This document shows positions 49,703 to 61,900 of a DNA stretch of 64,000 bases, piece after piece. Each line of letters starts with the position of its first letter. Positions within the stretch are counted from its first letter, which is position 1. Origin of the DNA: Hydrolagus colliei (Eukaryota). A program made the position numbers and the translations under genes. Location: positions 4,030,001 to 4,094,000 of the forward strand of contig CM068754.1 of the NCBI GenBank assembly GCA_035084275.1. Direction: 5' to 3'. The notes beneath the pieces are model-generated. The model was not told where the DNA came from, did no database searches, and saw only the letters and a program-made list of their open reading frames with translations.

Positions 49703-50371
49703 TAGATTCATAGATTCATAGAATTTTACGGCACAAAAGGAGGCCATTCGGCCCATCTAGTCTGTGCCGGCTCTTTGAAAAGAGCGATTCAATCCCACTG
49801 CCCTGCCCGCTCCCCATAGCCTAATAGACCTGTTCTCCCTAAATAAAGATCTAATTCCCTTTTAAAAGTTGTTATCGAATCAGCCTCCACCACCTTTTCA
49901 GGCAATGCATTCCAGATTCGAACAACTCGCTGAGTGAAAAAAATTCTCCTCAGCTCCCCTCTACTTCGCCTTGAAACTATTTTAAATCTGTGACCACGAG
50001 TCACAGATTCACCCACGAGTGGAAATAGTTTTTCTCTATTTGCCCTGTCGAAACCCCTCATGATCTTATAAACCTCTATTAGGTCTCCCCTCAATCTTCT
50101 CTGCTCCAGAGAGAATAACCCTAGCCTATCTAGCCTCTCCTCATAGCTGAAGTCCCTCAATCCTGGCACCATCCTAGTAAATCTTCGCTGCACCCTTTCC
50201 AATGCCTTCACATCCTTTCTGTAGTGTGGTGACCAGAATTGAACACAGTATTCCAGCTGAGGCCTCACCAAAGTCCTATAGAGGTTAGTCAGCACTTCCT
50301 GACTTTTGTACTCTATACCCATATTTATAAAGCCTAGTATCCCATATGCCTTCTTAACAGCCTTAATATCC
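49703..50371 (-). mobile_element. Young CR1 LINE, 5'-truncated
   Basis: 194-aa ORF (LYRTLVRPQLEYCVQFWSPHYRKDVKALERVQRR...). Almost identical to 33676-34213 over the shared part. Confidence 0.95.
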
Positions 50372-51454
50372 AAGAGAAAGAGGGAAAACTATAGGAAGAG
50401 GACATGGGGGTGGTGGGGGAAGTAGTGGGTTCCATTTGGGCCTGAAAGCCAAGCAGGTCTACAGTAATCCAAGTTAGTGGTTGGCCAATCTGTCTGGTTC
50501 AATGAGAGTCATAAACAAGTCTTCCGTTCTTCAAGTCTCAACTGAAAGAAAGGTCCTAGCTAAATACGTTCAGTGCTGCACTGTTCGCATTATTATTTCT
50601 AGTGTGTTACAAGTCTCAGGATTTTACAGTTTGCTCTTTATGTTTCACTTTTAGACACTAAAGGGCACATTTAACTTCTGGTGGTTGCTATCTTTTGTTC
50701 TCGTTAGCTTTGGTACATTACATTTAATGGGAATAACACTAACTCCCGAAATTCCCATTAGTCTAGTGGCACACTGGGGGTCCTGCTGAGAATGAGTTAT
50801 GTTACCATCCTGAAAATTATTTTCAAACAATGAGTAAATCGCCCTGTGCTGGATTATTTATGGCCTGTTTGGACATTGTAATCTTGGTACAAAAATATTT
50901 GAAAACTTCATCAACTAAGGACTTAAAAAATTTCCTTTCACATTTCCTTTGACCATTTTTTTTAAAACAAAGCCCACACTATTGTTATGTACAAAACCAA
51001 TTTTAAATTGCTTGCTTGATCAATATGAATAGAATAGTCATTCTAAGACATTTTACATTCAAATGCATTCAGATACGACTAGATGTTGCTATAAGCAGCT
51101 TGACATGGTTAGTTGATAAGGCCACTGAGTGCACACTGAAACCCTAGAGCTTCTCCTGCAGACACTTCAAGGGCAGAAGGAATGCTGAGCACTTCAATGG
51201 ATAAATAAAACACACATGAATGCACCAGAAAGACAGATATGAAGGTATTAGAAGGTCACTGTCAATTCCAGACTGCACAGCACATTTGAGCAAACAATAG
51301 TCCAGACCAGTTTGTGGAAAAAAAAGCAGTTGATGTCACACTGTTATCATACAACACAATCAACATTGCTTAAGATCCCTGGAGAACATCCTCTCTTTGA
51401 CTGTAAGCAACACAACAAGCCTCCATGTTCGTCAGATCTCAATGGTATGTTTTT

Positions 51455-51770
51455 TGCCCACCCACTCCGTTCAGTGGGTTCCGGTCTCCTCCATGTCTCT
51501 CGCCCGACCCGCCCTACCATCGGTGGCCGGGCTGTCAGCCCCTCTGACCCCACACTCTGGAACTCCATCTCACAGTTCCTTCACCTCGCTTTCTTCCTTG
51601 AGACCGTTTAAGGACGGTCTCAAGAACCCCCTTTTCAATTGTGCATTCCCACCTCTCTCCCTACCCTCAACCCTACCTGGCCCCTCCCCCATACTCAAGT
51701 GCTGACCCCTGACTGTTCAGCACTTTGGGACGCTGATTCTCTATAAATGTAATTTTGTTGTTGTTGTTTT
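51455..51770 (+). mobile_element. Degraded L2 3' end
   Basis: [25 protein letters not shown]...PTLWNSI remnant and (TTG)n tail. Confidence 0.75.
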
Positions 51771-52392
51771 ATCTCCCCACTGCTCCCACCTGGAGAGGGT
51801 TAGAGCTGCACTGGAGAAGGTTGTACAAGTCTGGAAGATTCCACCTTGATATAATCATTGCATTTGATATATAGCGCCTTGTCACTTCTTCAAGAAGGAA
51901 CTGTGGGATGGAGTTCCAGAGTAAAATGTAATTAACTCTATTTTGTGGGTGAAATGTGGTAGTTTGTTAAATTTAAATTAATAAATATATATAGTGTAGT
52001 TACGATATCACATATATAGTCATGAATACCTTCAAGGACACCCTGCTTATCTCCTCCCCAAGGAGAACAGACACAAGTTAGTCATGTGAGCCCTCACAAG
52101 GTAGATGATAGGAACTAGTGTCTCCAGCAGTACTCTGGGGTCCCTAAATTAATCATATGTATCGGCTCTCTGAAATGGTTGATAATGCAGACTCCCATCA
52201 TGTGCTGGAGGGAAAACAAAAAATTGGCCGGTTAAAATCAGATTAGCCCATCAGAATCAAAGATTAATCTGATGTTTTCCTTGGCTACTTGCATTGACCA
52301 ACTGTTGAAACACTTTAGATACAGCTAAAGGGTATCAGTTCACTCTCTCATTTTTCCATTTTTCCAGTGCCACACATTATATATATATATAC

Positions 52393-53541
52393 TAGCGAAC
52401 GGCGATATGGGAATTTTCCGGATATGGATATATCGGTTGGCTCATATCGAGATATACCGAAATACCAATATTTTCTGTTGTTTCGTATTGCGCATGCGCA
52501 CGCGCATCGGAGTGCGCGCGCATTCCGGGTGCGCGCGCATTCGGGGCCTATCTTCTCAGGAGGTAAATATCTTTCTCTCTCTGTGTCTCTCACTCTCTCC
52601 ATCTCTATGTTTTTCTGTCTGTGTCTCTCTATGTCTCTCTCCTCTCTCACATCCCCCCCCATCTCTATCTATCTGTATATTATCACATCCACCCCGTCTC
52701 TCCACCCCCCCCCCCCGCAGTCCTTCTCTCGCACCCCCCACCCCCATCGTCTCTCTCCCCCACCACCCCCCCAGCCGTCTCTTTCTCCCTGCCCCCCCCC
52801 CGCCGTCTCTCTCTCCCTCCCCCCCCCAGCCGTCTCTCTCCCTCTCCCCCCAGCCGTCTCTCTCCCCCGCTCCTCCCCCCCCCGCCGTCTCTCTCCCCCT
52901 CTCCTCCCCCCCCCGCTGTCTCTCTCCCCCTCCCTCCAGCCGTCTCTCTCCCCCTCCCCCCAGCCGTCTCTCTCCCCCTCTCCTCCCCACCCCGCCGTCT
53001 CTCTCTCCCTCCCCCCCCAGCCGTCTCTCTCCCCCTCCCCCCAGCCGTCTCTCTCCCCCTCTCCTCCCACCGCCCCCCAGCCGTCTCTCTCCCCCTCTCC
53101 CCCCCCCAGCCATCTATCTCCCCCTCCCCCCAGCTGTCTGTCTCCCCCTCTCCTCCTCCCCCCAGCCGTCTCTCTCCCCCTCTCCTCCCCCCCCCAGCCG
53201 TCTCTCCCCCTCTCCTCCCCCCCCAAGCCGTCTCTCTCCCCCTCCCCCCAGCCGTCTCTCTCCCCCTCACCTCCCCCACCCACAGCCGTCTCTCTCCCCC
53301 CACCCCTTGCATACCTGTATATTGTATTCGAGGACTATGAATACAAGATGGCGGCTTTGCACCTCGGTCTGTGCATTGTGTATAGAGATGAGCATTCTGA
53401 ATCTTGTAGTTGATTGTGCTCGCATCCCGATTTTTTACCTCGACATATCGTTTTTCGATATTTTTAAAATGTCTATATCGGCATATCGATATGAAAATCA
53501 TATCGGGTTTTAGCGATATACCGATATATCGCCGTTCCCTA
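52393..53541 (+). mobile_element. Non-autonomous hAT element (copy 3) with minisatellite
   Basis: TIRs TAGCGAACGGCGATAT / ATATCGCCGTTCCCTA. 8-bp TSD ATATATAC (52385-52392, 53542-53549). Inserted in the tail of a minus-strand SINE fragment (53550-53646). Confidence 0.93.
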
Positions 53542-53706
53542 ATATATACCCTTGCATTTGATATAGCACTTTTCACATCTTATCAACGTCTCAAAGCGCT
53601 TCACAGAATATACTGTAAAGTGAATTGACTGTGTATATTTGTGGGCATACTGGCATTATGCTTTCAATTTGGGGGGATATCTCAATTTGCTTCATAGGAA
53701 ATACAT

Positions 53707-54010
53707 GTAGAGTTCCGTAGCTCAGTGGTTAGAACACTCACCGTACAAGCGAGAGACCTGGATTCAATTCCAGGCAGGGCTAAACCTTGGGCAAGTTTCT
53801 TTACTCTACATGACTAATAATAATTCCTCAAAAAAAACAATAATAATTGGGTCACTCAATCCACAACTCTTTGTGGGACACTGCTGTGTGCAATTGGCTG
53901 CCACATTTCACCCACAAATGTACAGTGAATTCACTTCACAGTATATTCAGTGAAGCACTTTGAGATGTCTAGAAGACGTGTAAAGCATTATATCAAATGC
54001 AAGGATTATT
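53707..54010 (+). mobile_element. Deu-domain tRNA-SINE
   Basis: Full head, core and tail of the same family. Confidence 0.9.
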
Positions 54011-55035
54011 AAAGATTACATCTTTTTTTGGTGAATTAGGTTTTTCCCACTAAGCTAAATTTAGCCAAATCACATTCCAAAAACTTGAAGTTATAAATCA
54101 AATTACTATATCAAATGTAAGGATTATTATTATTATTACACTAAAGCCCCAGCAAGCAGACTTATGTGGGGGGGAGGGGGGGGGGGGGGAAGGAGGGGGG
54201 TGGAAAGAGATCCGGTCCAACAAGCTGGAATTTCCGACTAAGTGCAATTCCAATATAGCAATTACCATATTTTTTCAAGATGTAAAATGCCAGAAAATGG
54301 TGGAACCAGCATTGTAATTGTGTGAATTCAATATGAGTCAGTCACTATCCCTGGTGAAAGCAGCCAGCGTGGTGAGGAGGGTCACCCAGAATCCAGTAAT
54401 CCAGGGGGTTTCTATAATGTAAAATGTAGTGTCCTCAAATTCGTAGATAGAATGTGGTAGTCAATTCATACAGTAATCTGATCAGTTGTCATTTTCTGCA
54501 ACATTTATACAGCTTTACAAGTATGAAAAATACCAGAATTCTACTGTAACCAGATTGAGTTGGGTGTCCCTTTTACAAGAGGAAGAACAGCTGAGAGGCT
54601 GCTATGTCATTTAGACTAAATTAATTACTAGAGCACAAGACTGATGAAAGAAACAAAAAGGACATTACTTGGCAATATTCCCCAACCTCTGAGTGTCCAT
54701 CAACACATATTCAGATGTCCACACATGCTGACACCATCTGTGATCCAGATTATATTTGGACTGCCTTTCGGCTATTACCATAATGTTAGTTTCCTTTTAA
54801 AAAAACAACTCCAGTGCAATATTTCAACAAAACAACAAAATAAGCTGCAATTGAACAGCATGTGACATGGCAAGTGGAAAATGGATGATAATTTTTTTTT
54901 ACAGTGGTTGTTCAACAACTGTGTCGACAATAATGTCTACCCATTTCTCACTGAATTTCATATTCTCAGAAAATAATTTCATGACATCAGGGCAAAATGC
55001 ACAGTAAATATACAGTCAATTCACTTTGCAGTGAA

Positions 55036-55392
55036 TGGAGTCCTGCAGCTCAGCGGTTGTAACCGGGTTCAATTGCAGTCAGGGCGAAACCTGGGCAAGT
55101 TTCCTTACTCCACCCGCCTAATAATAATCCCTTCAAAAAAAACAATAATATATTGGTCATTTCAATCCACGACTGTCTGTGGGGCACTGCTGTGCGCAAT
55201 TGGCTGCTGTGTTTCACCCACAAAATATATAGTCAATTCACTTTACAGTAAAGCGCTTTGAGTTGTCTAGATTAGAAGATATGAAAAGCGCTATCACAAA
55301 TGCAACGATTATTTCAGTACACTCTATAAAGTGCTTTGTGACGTCTAGAAGATGTGAAAAGCGCTATATCAAATACAAGGATTATTATTATT
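55036..55392 (+). mobile_element. Deu-domain SINE nested in the 3' part of another SINE (double tail)
   Basis: Host segment tatacagtcaattcactttgcagt precedes the head, and a second tail follows the first. Confidence 0.8.
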
Positions 55393-55571
55393 TCAATAAT
55401 TATATAATTTAATTTTTTTTTATCTCTTCCCAGAAAGACTTGTCTTCTGCCACCAAAATGGGGAAACACTCCATTAATGCTCTCTGGTTGCTGCTAGGAA
55501 TTACATGAAATGTCCTGAATTATTCCTGGACACTGGGAGCACAGCTGATCCCCATCTCGTGCCTCCCCCAT

Positions 55572-55795
55572 TATATAATAATAATCCTTGCATTTGATAT
55601 AGCGCCTTAACACGCCTTTGAGACATCTCAAAGAGGTTCACAGAATTTATAAATTGACTATATAATTGAGTTGATTGTATATTTTGTGGGCGAAACAACA
55701 GCCGATTGGGCACAGCAGTATCCCACAAACGTTCGTTGATTGAGTTACCAAATTATTATTATTTTATTTTTTGAAAGGATTATTTATCCCTGGAA
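55572..55795 (-). mobile_element. Deu-domain SINE 3' half
   Basis: Reverse complement of the tail and core. Confidence 0.8.
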
Positions 55796-56049
55796 AAATG
55801 CACTTTGCACAAGCTAGCATGTCTGTGAAACAGCATTAACTTAATTACATTAAGCTAATCACACAACAGCCTTGGCCGCCATCTCCATTCACACATATGG
55901 TTTCCATAACTAAACAGCGTATTCATGAGTTAATATTTTAGTTATGAACGGTACAATTTCATTTTCAATCTTAACAAGATCATTTTAAAAAAAATTTAAT
56001 AGAAAAGATTCCTCTCTTCTTTGAGACTAAGGATCATCATCAAAAATCT

Positions 56050-57232
56050 ATGGTCATCTTACCATATACGGTAAGATCTTCAGCTCTCTCTGCCTCCTTG
56101 TCCTCCTTGACTTCTCTGCTGCATTTGACAATGTCGACAGCTCCATCCTCCTACACCTCCTCTCCTCCCGGCTCAATCTTGGCGGACCTGCCCTCGCCTG
56201 GTTCGACTCCTGCCTCCCTCATCGTCTCCACTTTGCCGCCACCAATGGCTTCACTCCCAGCCCCCCCCACTGTCACCTGTGACGTCCACTAGGGCTTCCT
56301 CCTTGACTCCCAACTTTTCAACATTTACATGCTCCCCTTTGGTGACATCATTCGCAGACATGGGGTTAACTTCCACATGTATGCGGATGACACCGAACTC
56401 TATCGTTCTTCCTCTATCCTTGACTCCAGAACAACAACTGTCCTGACAGACATCAAGTCCTGGATGAGAGCTAACTTTCTACAGTTGAATGTCAACAAGA
56501 AAGAGGCCCTACTGAATGACTTGCGCCAGCGCCTTATGCATAAGGCTCTAGCAGCATCAACCTCCATGGTTGCACACTTGACTCCTCCCTCACATCCAAG
56601 CTCTGCCTTCCCTCACCTAAGCAATATTGCCCGAATCCGCCATTACCTTACCTCCAAGGCCGATAAAACCCTTATTCACGCATTCATTACATCCCAGCTT
56701 GACTATGCCAATGCTCTGCTTTTCAGCCTTCCCAATTCCTCCCTCCATAGACTGCAGATAATCCAGAATTCTACTGCCATGGGCTACCGCTCCAAGCTCT
56801 GTGACCCCATCTCCCCCATCCTCGCCCAACTCCATTGACTCTCCATCATCCAGAGGATCCAATTCAAGATCCTGATCCTCACATTCAAAGCTCTCCATGG
56901 CCTCGTCCCACCCAACATCCATGACCTCCTAATCCCCTACCAACCTGCCCACTCAGCAGGCTCTGGCCTGCTCCATGTTCCCCGACCCACCCATCTCACC
57001 ATTGGTGGGCAAGCCTTTAGCCACTCTGCCCCCTCCCTCTGCCTCGCCCCCTTTATGGCCTCCTTCAAGTCTCACCTCAAGACTCTCCTCTTCGATGGAC
57101 CCATCGACATCTCCTAATCCTCCCCTTCCCTCCCCCACCTGTCCCCAGCTCAGGTCTAAAACAATGACAGTCCAAAGCATTGGGACATCCTCCTGAGACG
57201 AAAGGCGCTATAAAAGTGTAATTTTGTTGTTG
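56050..57232 (+). mobile_element. Older L2 RT region through 3' tail
   Basis: [24 protein letters not shown]...FLQLNVNK...FITSQLDYANALL with frameshifts; tail gacgaaaggcgctataaaagtgtaattttgttgttg. Confidence 0.88.
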
Positions 57233-57997
57233 TAACGGCATGGGATGCGCATCATAATTACGTGCCCACGTGCTGCCATGAGACAATCATACGTGTCGTG
57301 AGGCAATTGACCCACGCCTATGTCACAACGAGCAGCTGCTGATTGTAGCCTGCGTAAAAGTGCAATACGTGGGCGAGGGGTAACGCTAATTACTTAGCCT
57401 CGAGCTTAACCATGAGCAGAAGAGGCGGAGGAGGAGGGCGACCCCACAGGAGACACAGAAAAAATTAAGGATGCAGAGAAGCTGAGAGACCAGCCAAGAA
57501 TTTAATGGAACTGTATTCTCAGCATCTACTAACGTGAAAGGGATCTGGGCCCGTGGCTTTGTTGTATAGCTGTACCACATCAATGCACAGAAAATAAAGT
57601 TCTCAAAAGCTTTTGGAGATTTGAAAAGACTACTGCTGTTCAATCCCTAAAACCATGTGTGGATTTGAGAAAGGAGGAGAGAGAGGCTGATCTGATCCGA
57701 TTGCCGCACTCCCTCCCTTGCATCCCTCAAGGCATGACTCTTCCTTTCAACCGTGTCTTCGACCACCCTGCCTGACTTCCATCGCTCCATTGAGTGAATA
57801 AGTTGAAAAGCTCAGTAATGTGAGAAACTGTGTTATTTATCAGTCCCATCACTTTGCCGCAGCACAATACAAGGCCTCATCTGCAGAGCGCTGCTGATTT
57901 AAGTCAGCATGATCCAACACATACACATGGCTTGTGGGCACCATATAGCCCAGCCGGTGATTTTATCTGGTCCACGTCCATTTCCAACAATCCATCT

Positions 57998-58150
57998 TAT
58001 AGATTTTTGAAAAATAGAGGGATTAGGGGATATGGGGATAGGGCAGGTAATTAGAGTTAGGTGAGAAGATCAGCCATGATCTTAATGAATGGCGGGGCAG
58101 GCTCGAAGGGCTGAATGGCCTACTCCTGCTCCCAATTCTTATGTTCTTAT
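57998..58150 (+). mobile_element. CR1 3' end (cttatgtt-tailed family)
   Basis: gatcagccatgatctt...aagggctgaatggcctactcctgctcc...cttatgttcttat. Confidence 0.8.
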
Positions 58151-58288
58151 ACTTGCTCCCTCCCTGGTGAACGGACATAGAGCGGCAAAGCAGCCTCAGG
58201 AGCCGTCAGTTGGGAGGACGCAGTGCGGGGAACGGAAATAATACCGGCCGTTACTACAGTTTGTCAGGCAGGCAAGCAAGTCTCTTAC

Positions 58289-58367
58289 CCATGGCAACCA
58301 AAATATTCTACCACTCTGATTTAAACAGTTGTCAGAACCCATATAAGGTTGCAAAAATAATACTGTA
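58289..58367 (-). other. Candidate ENOX2 initiation exon A (ends GCC ATG G|gtaaga)
   Basis: Pyrimidine-rich acceptor ttctccacgtccacttcttccataccacttgcag|, strong Kozak context, phase-1 donor compatible with exon 37435-37578, in-frame TAG six codons upstream. Confidence 0.4.
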
Positions 58368-58920
58368 CTGCAAGTGGTATGGAAGAAGTGGACGTGGAGA
58401 AATAATAATACAGATTAAAAACAAATAGATAAGAGACAACACACTAGGTCTGCAATAGCTGCAAAATGGATTGTGAGCAGCATATTAGGAGTTTATCAAA
58501 TATCTGGCTAAGACACTACACCAATAACACTTTAGTAGTTTGCACATGTTTTAAAGTTTCCAAAAAACAAAAAGTTGATTGACAAAATTGAGGAACAAAT
58601 AAAACAAACTCGGATGCACTTAACACTGTAATCTGAATCATTGTAAACTCTCTCAATGTCATATTAAAGAGGTTGCTTCTCAAAAATTAGTTAAGAAGGG
58701 AGATTAAGATGCCTGAGATTGTGAAAAGATTTTGAAATAGTTGCATTAAATGTGTGAAATTTGTGCTGAATGCCGAAGTGCAGGAGGTCATGGTACGGAT
58801 TGCTCAACTGATTGCCATGAATAACATGGTAATGTAATACATGCTATTAGGATCAGTGGCTGTAATCTTCCAAAGCTCCAGAGAGATCCACTATACAAGC
58901 TATCTTTAGCATATACTTAC

Positions 58921-58980
58921 CAGCCATTTTTGCTTCCCTTAAAGTGTTTCTCAACGACTGGTCAGGGGACTGACTCCAGC
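58921..58980 (-). other. Candidate ENOX2 initiation exon B (ends AAA ATG GCT G|gtaagt); 5' boundary uncertain
   Basis: Consensus donor, phase 1, A at -3 and G at +4. No convincing polypyrimidine tract upstream. Confidence 0.35.
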
Positions 58981-61900
58981 CTGTGATAACCTTGTGGCCG
59001 GACTAAACCAGATATCTCTTTAGATTGAGTAACCTTCCAGGCTTGTATAATTACATGTAATGCAGGGATTAGTTTGTGCAAGCTGAAGCAAGGTAAGCAG
59101 TGTCCGAACAGACACTGGACAACAGACATTCATCATATACCTTTGCTTTGCAGCTTTGATTCCTCGCATTCATGGGGTCTGGGCCAAAGTAACTAAGTAG
59201 ATGTAATAGAAGATAGGAACTTTGTCAGAATACTTCACTGACACCTAGTTTTCAGCTGCTCAACATGATTCGGTTATGGCTATTTTCAACTGTTCATGAC
59301 CGTGAATTGCTTTAGAAGTCCCAGAAGGCTCAATATATTGCATTTATCTTGAATGGTCTGCCATATTTTATCAAAAAGATTGATTTTTCTTGGGCAGCTG
59401 GATTTCTGACAAATGTAAAAACCCATCATCATGCTTAAGAGCATCCAAACCAAACCGAGAATTTCATGTATCCACCTATACATGGAAATTCCAGAGATAG
59501 ATTGTTGGAATGGGATGCAGACTCTCCCTTGGAGGGTTGCATCCTGCTAACCTAATTCCACAAAGCATTAGGCACATGAAAGCAAGTTATGAAAGAATCA
59601 AATGCGAAGCTACATCAATAAAGCTGCAAACACAAAAACAGAATGCTTTAGAGATGAAAGGGCTGAGAGACCGAATACAAAATTGATGAAGAAAAATGTG
59701 TTGCTAACTGCATGAAAGGACAGGGGAAAATGGAACTGATTGCCTAAAAAGAGAAGGTCAGAGGAAGCCAATACAAATCAAACAACCCTCTAAATAAAAA
59801 TCAATATAAGATTAAAACCAAGAAGAGCACAAAAGAATGAAAACTGGATGAAAATTTAGAAGGATAAGCATTGGGAGATAGGCAAGAATGGAAATTCACA
59901 AATTATGTGTTTAACCCTTGGAAACTAGCCTTCTTTAGAGTTTGAAACAAGACTGATGTTGCAGGGAGGACTATGGCTGTTCCATTCAGTCAGGTAGCAA
60001 AAAAAAGCAAATCTCCAAAACAGCCAGAACCTAAAGAACCAAAGCATGTTTCAGCAATCAGAAACAATCAACACCTTAATCCGAAGAACAATTTGAGGTA
60101 CACTTCAACTCAACTGTGGAGATCACTGCTCTCCCAACACCAAGGAGCAATGCTTGTTAATTTCCGGCACTATTCTGTAGTTGACACAATTCCACAGGAT
60201 CAAGACCACATGAATATGCCGTCACTCGTCACAAACAGAAAAGGAGATTAATCAAGCGCCCTCCTGCAGAGTGAACAGCTGGGACAACTATATATTGACA
60301 TGGTAGCTGGCCTACAACGGAGAGTACACCATCAGGGTTTAACCAACTGTGTAAAGACATGCATTAGGCAAAAACAGGAGCTTTTTACTTGCCTTTCTGT
60401 TAATGAGGCTGTATTTTATGTGGCTGGCCAGCAATACACTACCAGCTGCTTGGTTTAATCACCAGCAAAAAGCAGAGCTAGTACACCTGATCCTGGTGCA
60501 TGAAGCACATTGGAATGAATGCTCATCCATAATAATTACCTATGCTGTACTATGGTGCAACAGGAGCAAACTATGTTTGAATTATAAAATTGACTAATGC
60601 ACATAACTCTTAATATATCTACACCTGATGTTAGCTAATAAATTCAACAAGATAATACGGATCCTTGCACAAGATAGGTCCTCGTCATGTCATTGAAGTG
60701 AACTGACTGTATATTGTTTCTGGACAAAACACAGCAACCAATTGCACACAAAGTGTGCCACAAACTATTGAGGATTGAGTGATCACTTTTTTTAATGTGT
60801 AACTGGCTTCAGCAATTCTGTAATACACTGGAGAATGGGATGCAATTAATTTAGTGTATATTTGTCTTTATAATTTGTCTCGCTTGTAATTCCTGATTGA
60901 GGGAAAAATCCAATAAAAGATCAACATATGTTGTATGAGTTAGTGACACAGCATTCAATATCTATGACATGAAAAATAAGAAGCTATAAAAGCTGTACTG
61001 TATTTTAAATAATTAGCAAGTTCCAACTGATGAGTTGTATGATTTTTTAAAATTATTTTATTTAAGAAACATCTTTTAGAAAGAATCATAAATATTATTC
61101 AGTAGTGCTTAATGATAAAGTGATCATTACTCCAGCAATTCACCGTCCTGTAAGGTTAATTCATCTTCTTCACAACAGATCTCAGAATCGTCTCATGTCA
61201 CTCCCAGATGCAAGACCTTTCAAGTATAAATCATGATTGAGGTGTAAATCATGTCTCTACGTCAATCAGTTATTGAGATCGTTCTCGAAGTGCAGACAGA
61301 TATTGTTGTTTTATTAGTATAGATATATAAAATAGATATATGACAGATAGACAGGCAGGCAAGCAGGCAGGCAGACAAGACAGACCGTTAATAGCACTTG
61401 CAAAATGATTCACCATGAAGCAACACAAGAGATTTTCCAGATTGGGATAGCAACAGTGATAATGAACATCAGGGCGTTTAAAGTGACAATGTGGCACACA
61501 AACCATAAATTTACCAGCTAAGAATAACTGGTGTCAGACAAACGACATGCTGGTGGCATACTATGAAAACACCCAAAATATTTCCCTGCAATTCTCAGAG
61601 AATATGACCTGAAATGTCCAGCATTCCAGGTAGAAAGTTGACAAGAACAGATTGTGCAGGACACTTCTGAGGTTTACCACATCTGCAATGCAAATTATTT
61701 TCACATTATCTGAAAGTTCCAGTTATCAGCTCCAGCTGAGATCTCCAGTTATGGAAGCAAATGTCTTGCAATATGGCAAAAAGCTGCTGGAATTTTGTTT
61801 ATCCACTTTCTTGACAGAATAGTGATAAGACAATTGTTTAAATTGCATTGTGAAAGTGCCAGAGTCAGCGATAGACTGGAAAGGCAAAAAGATGCATGAG

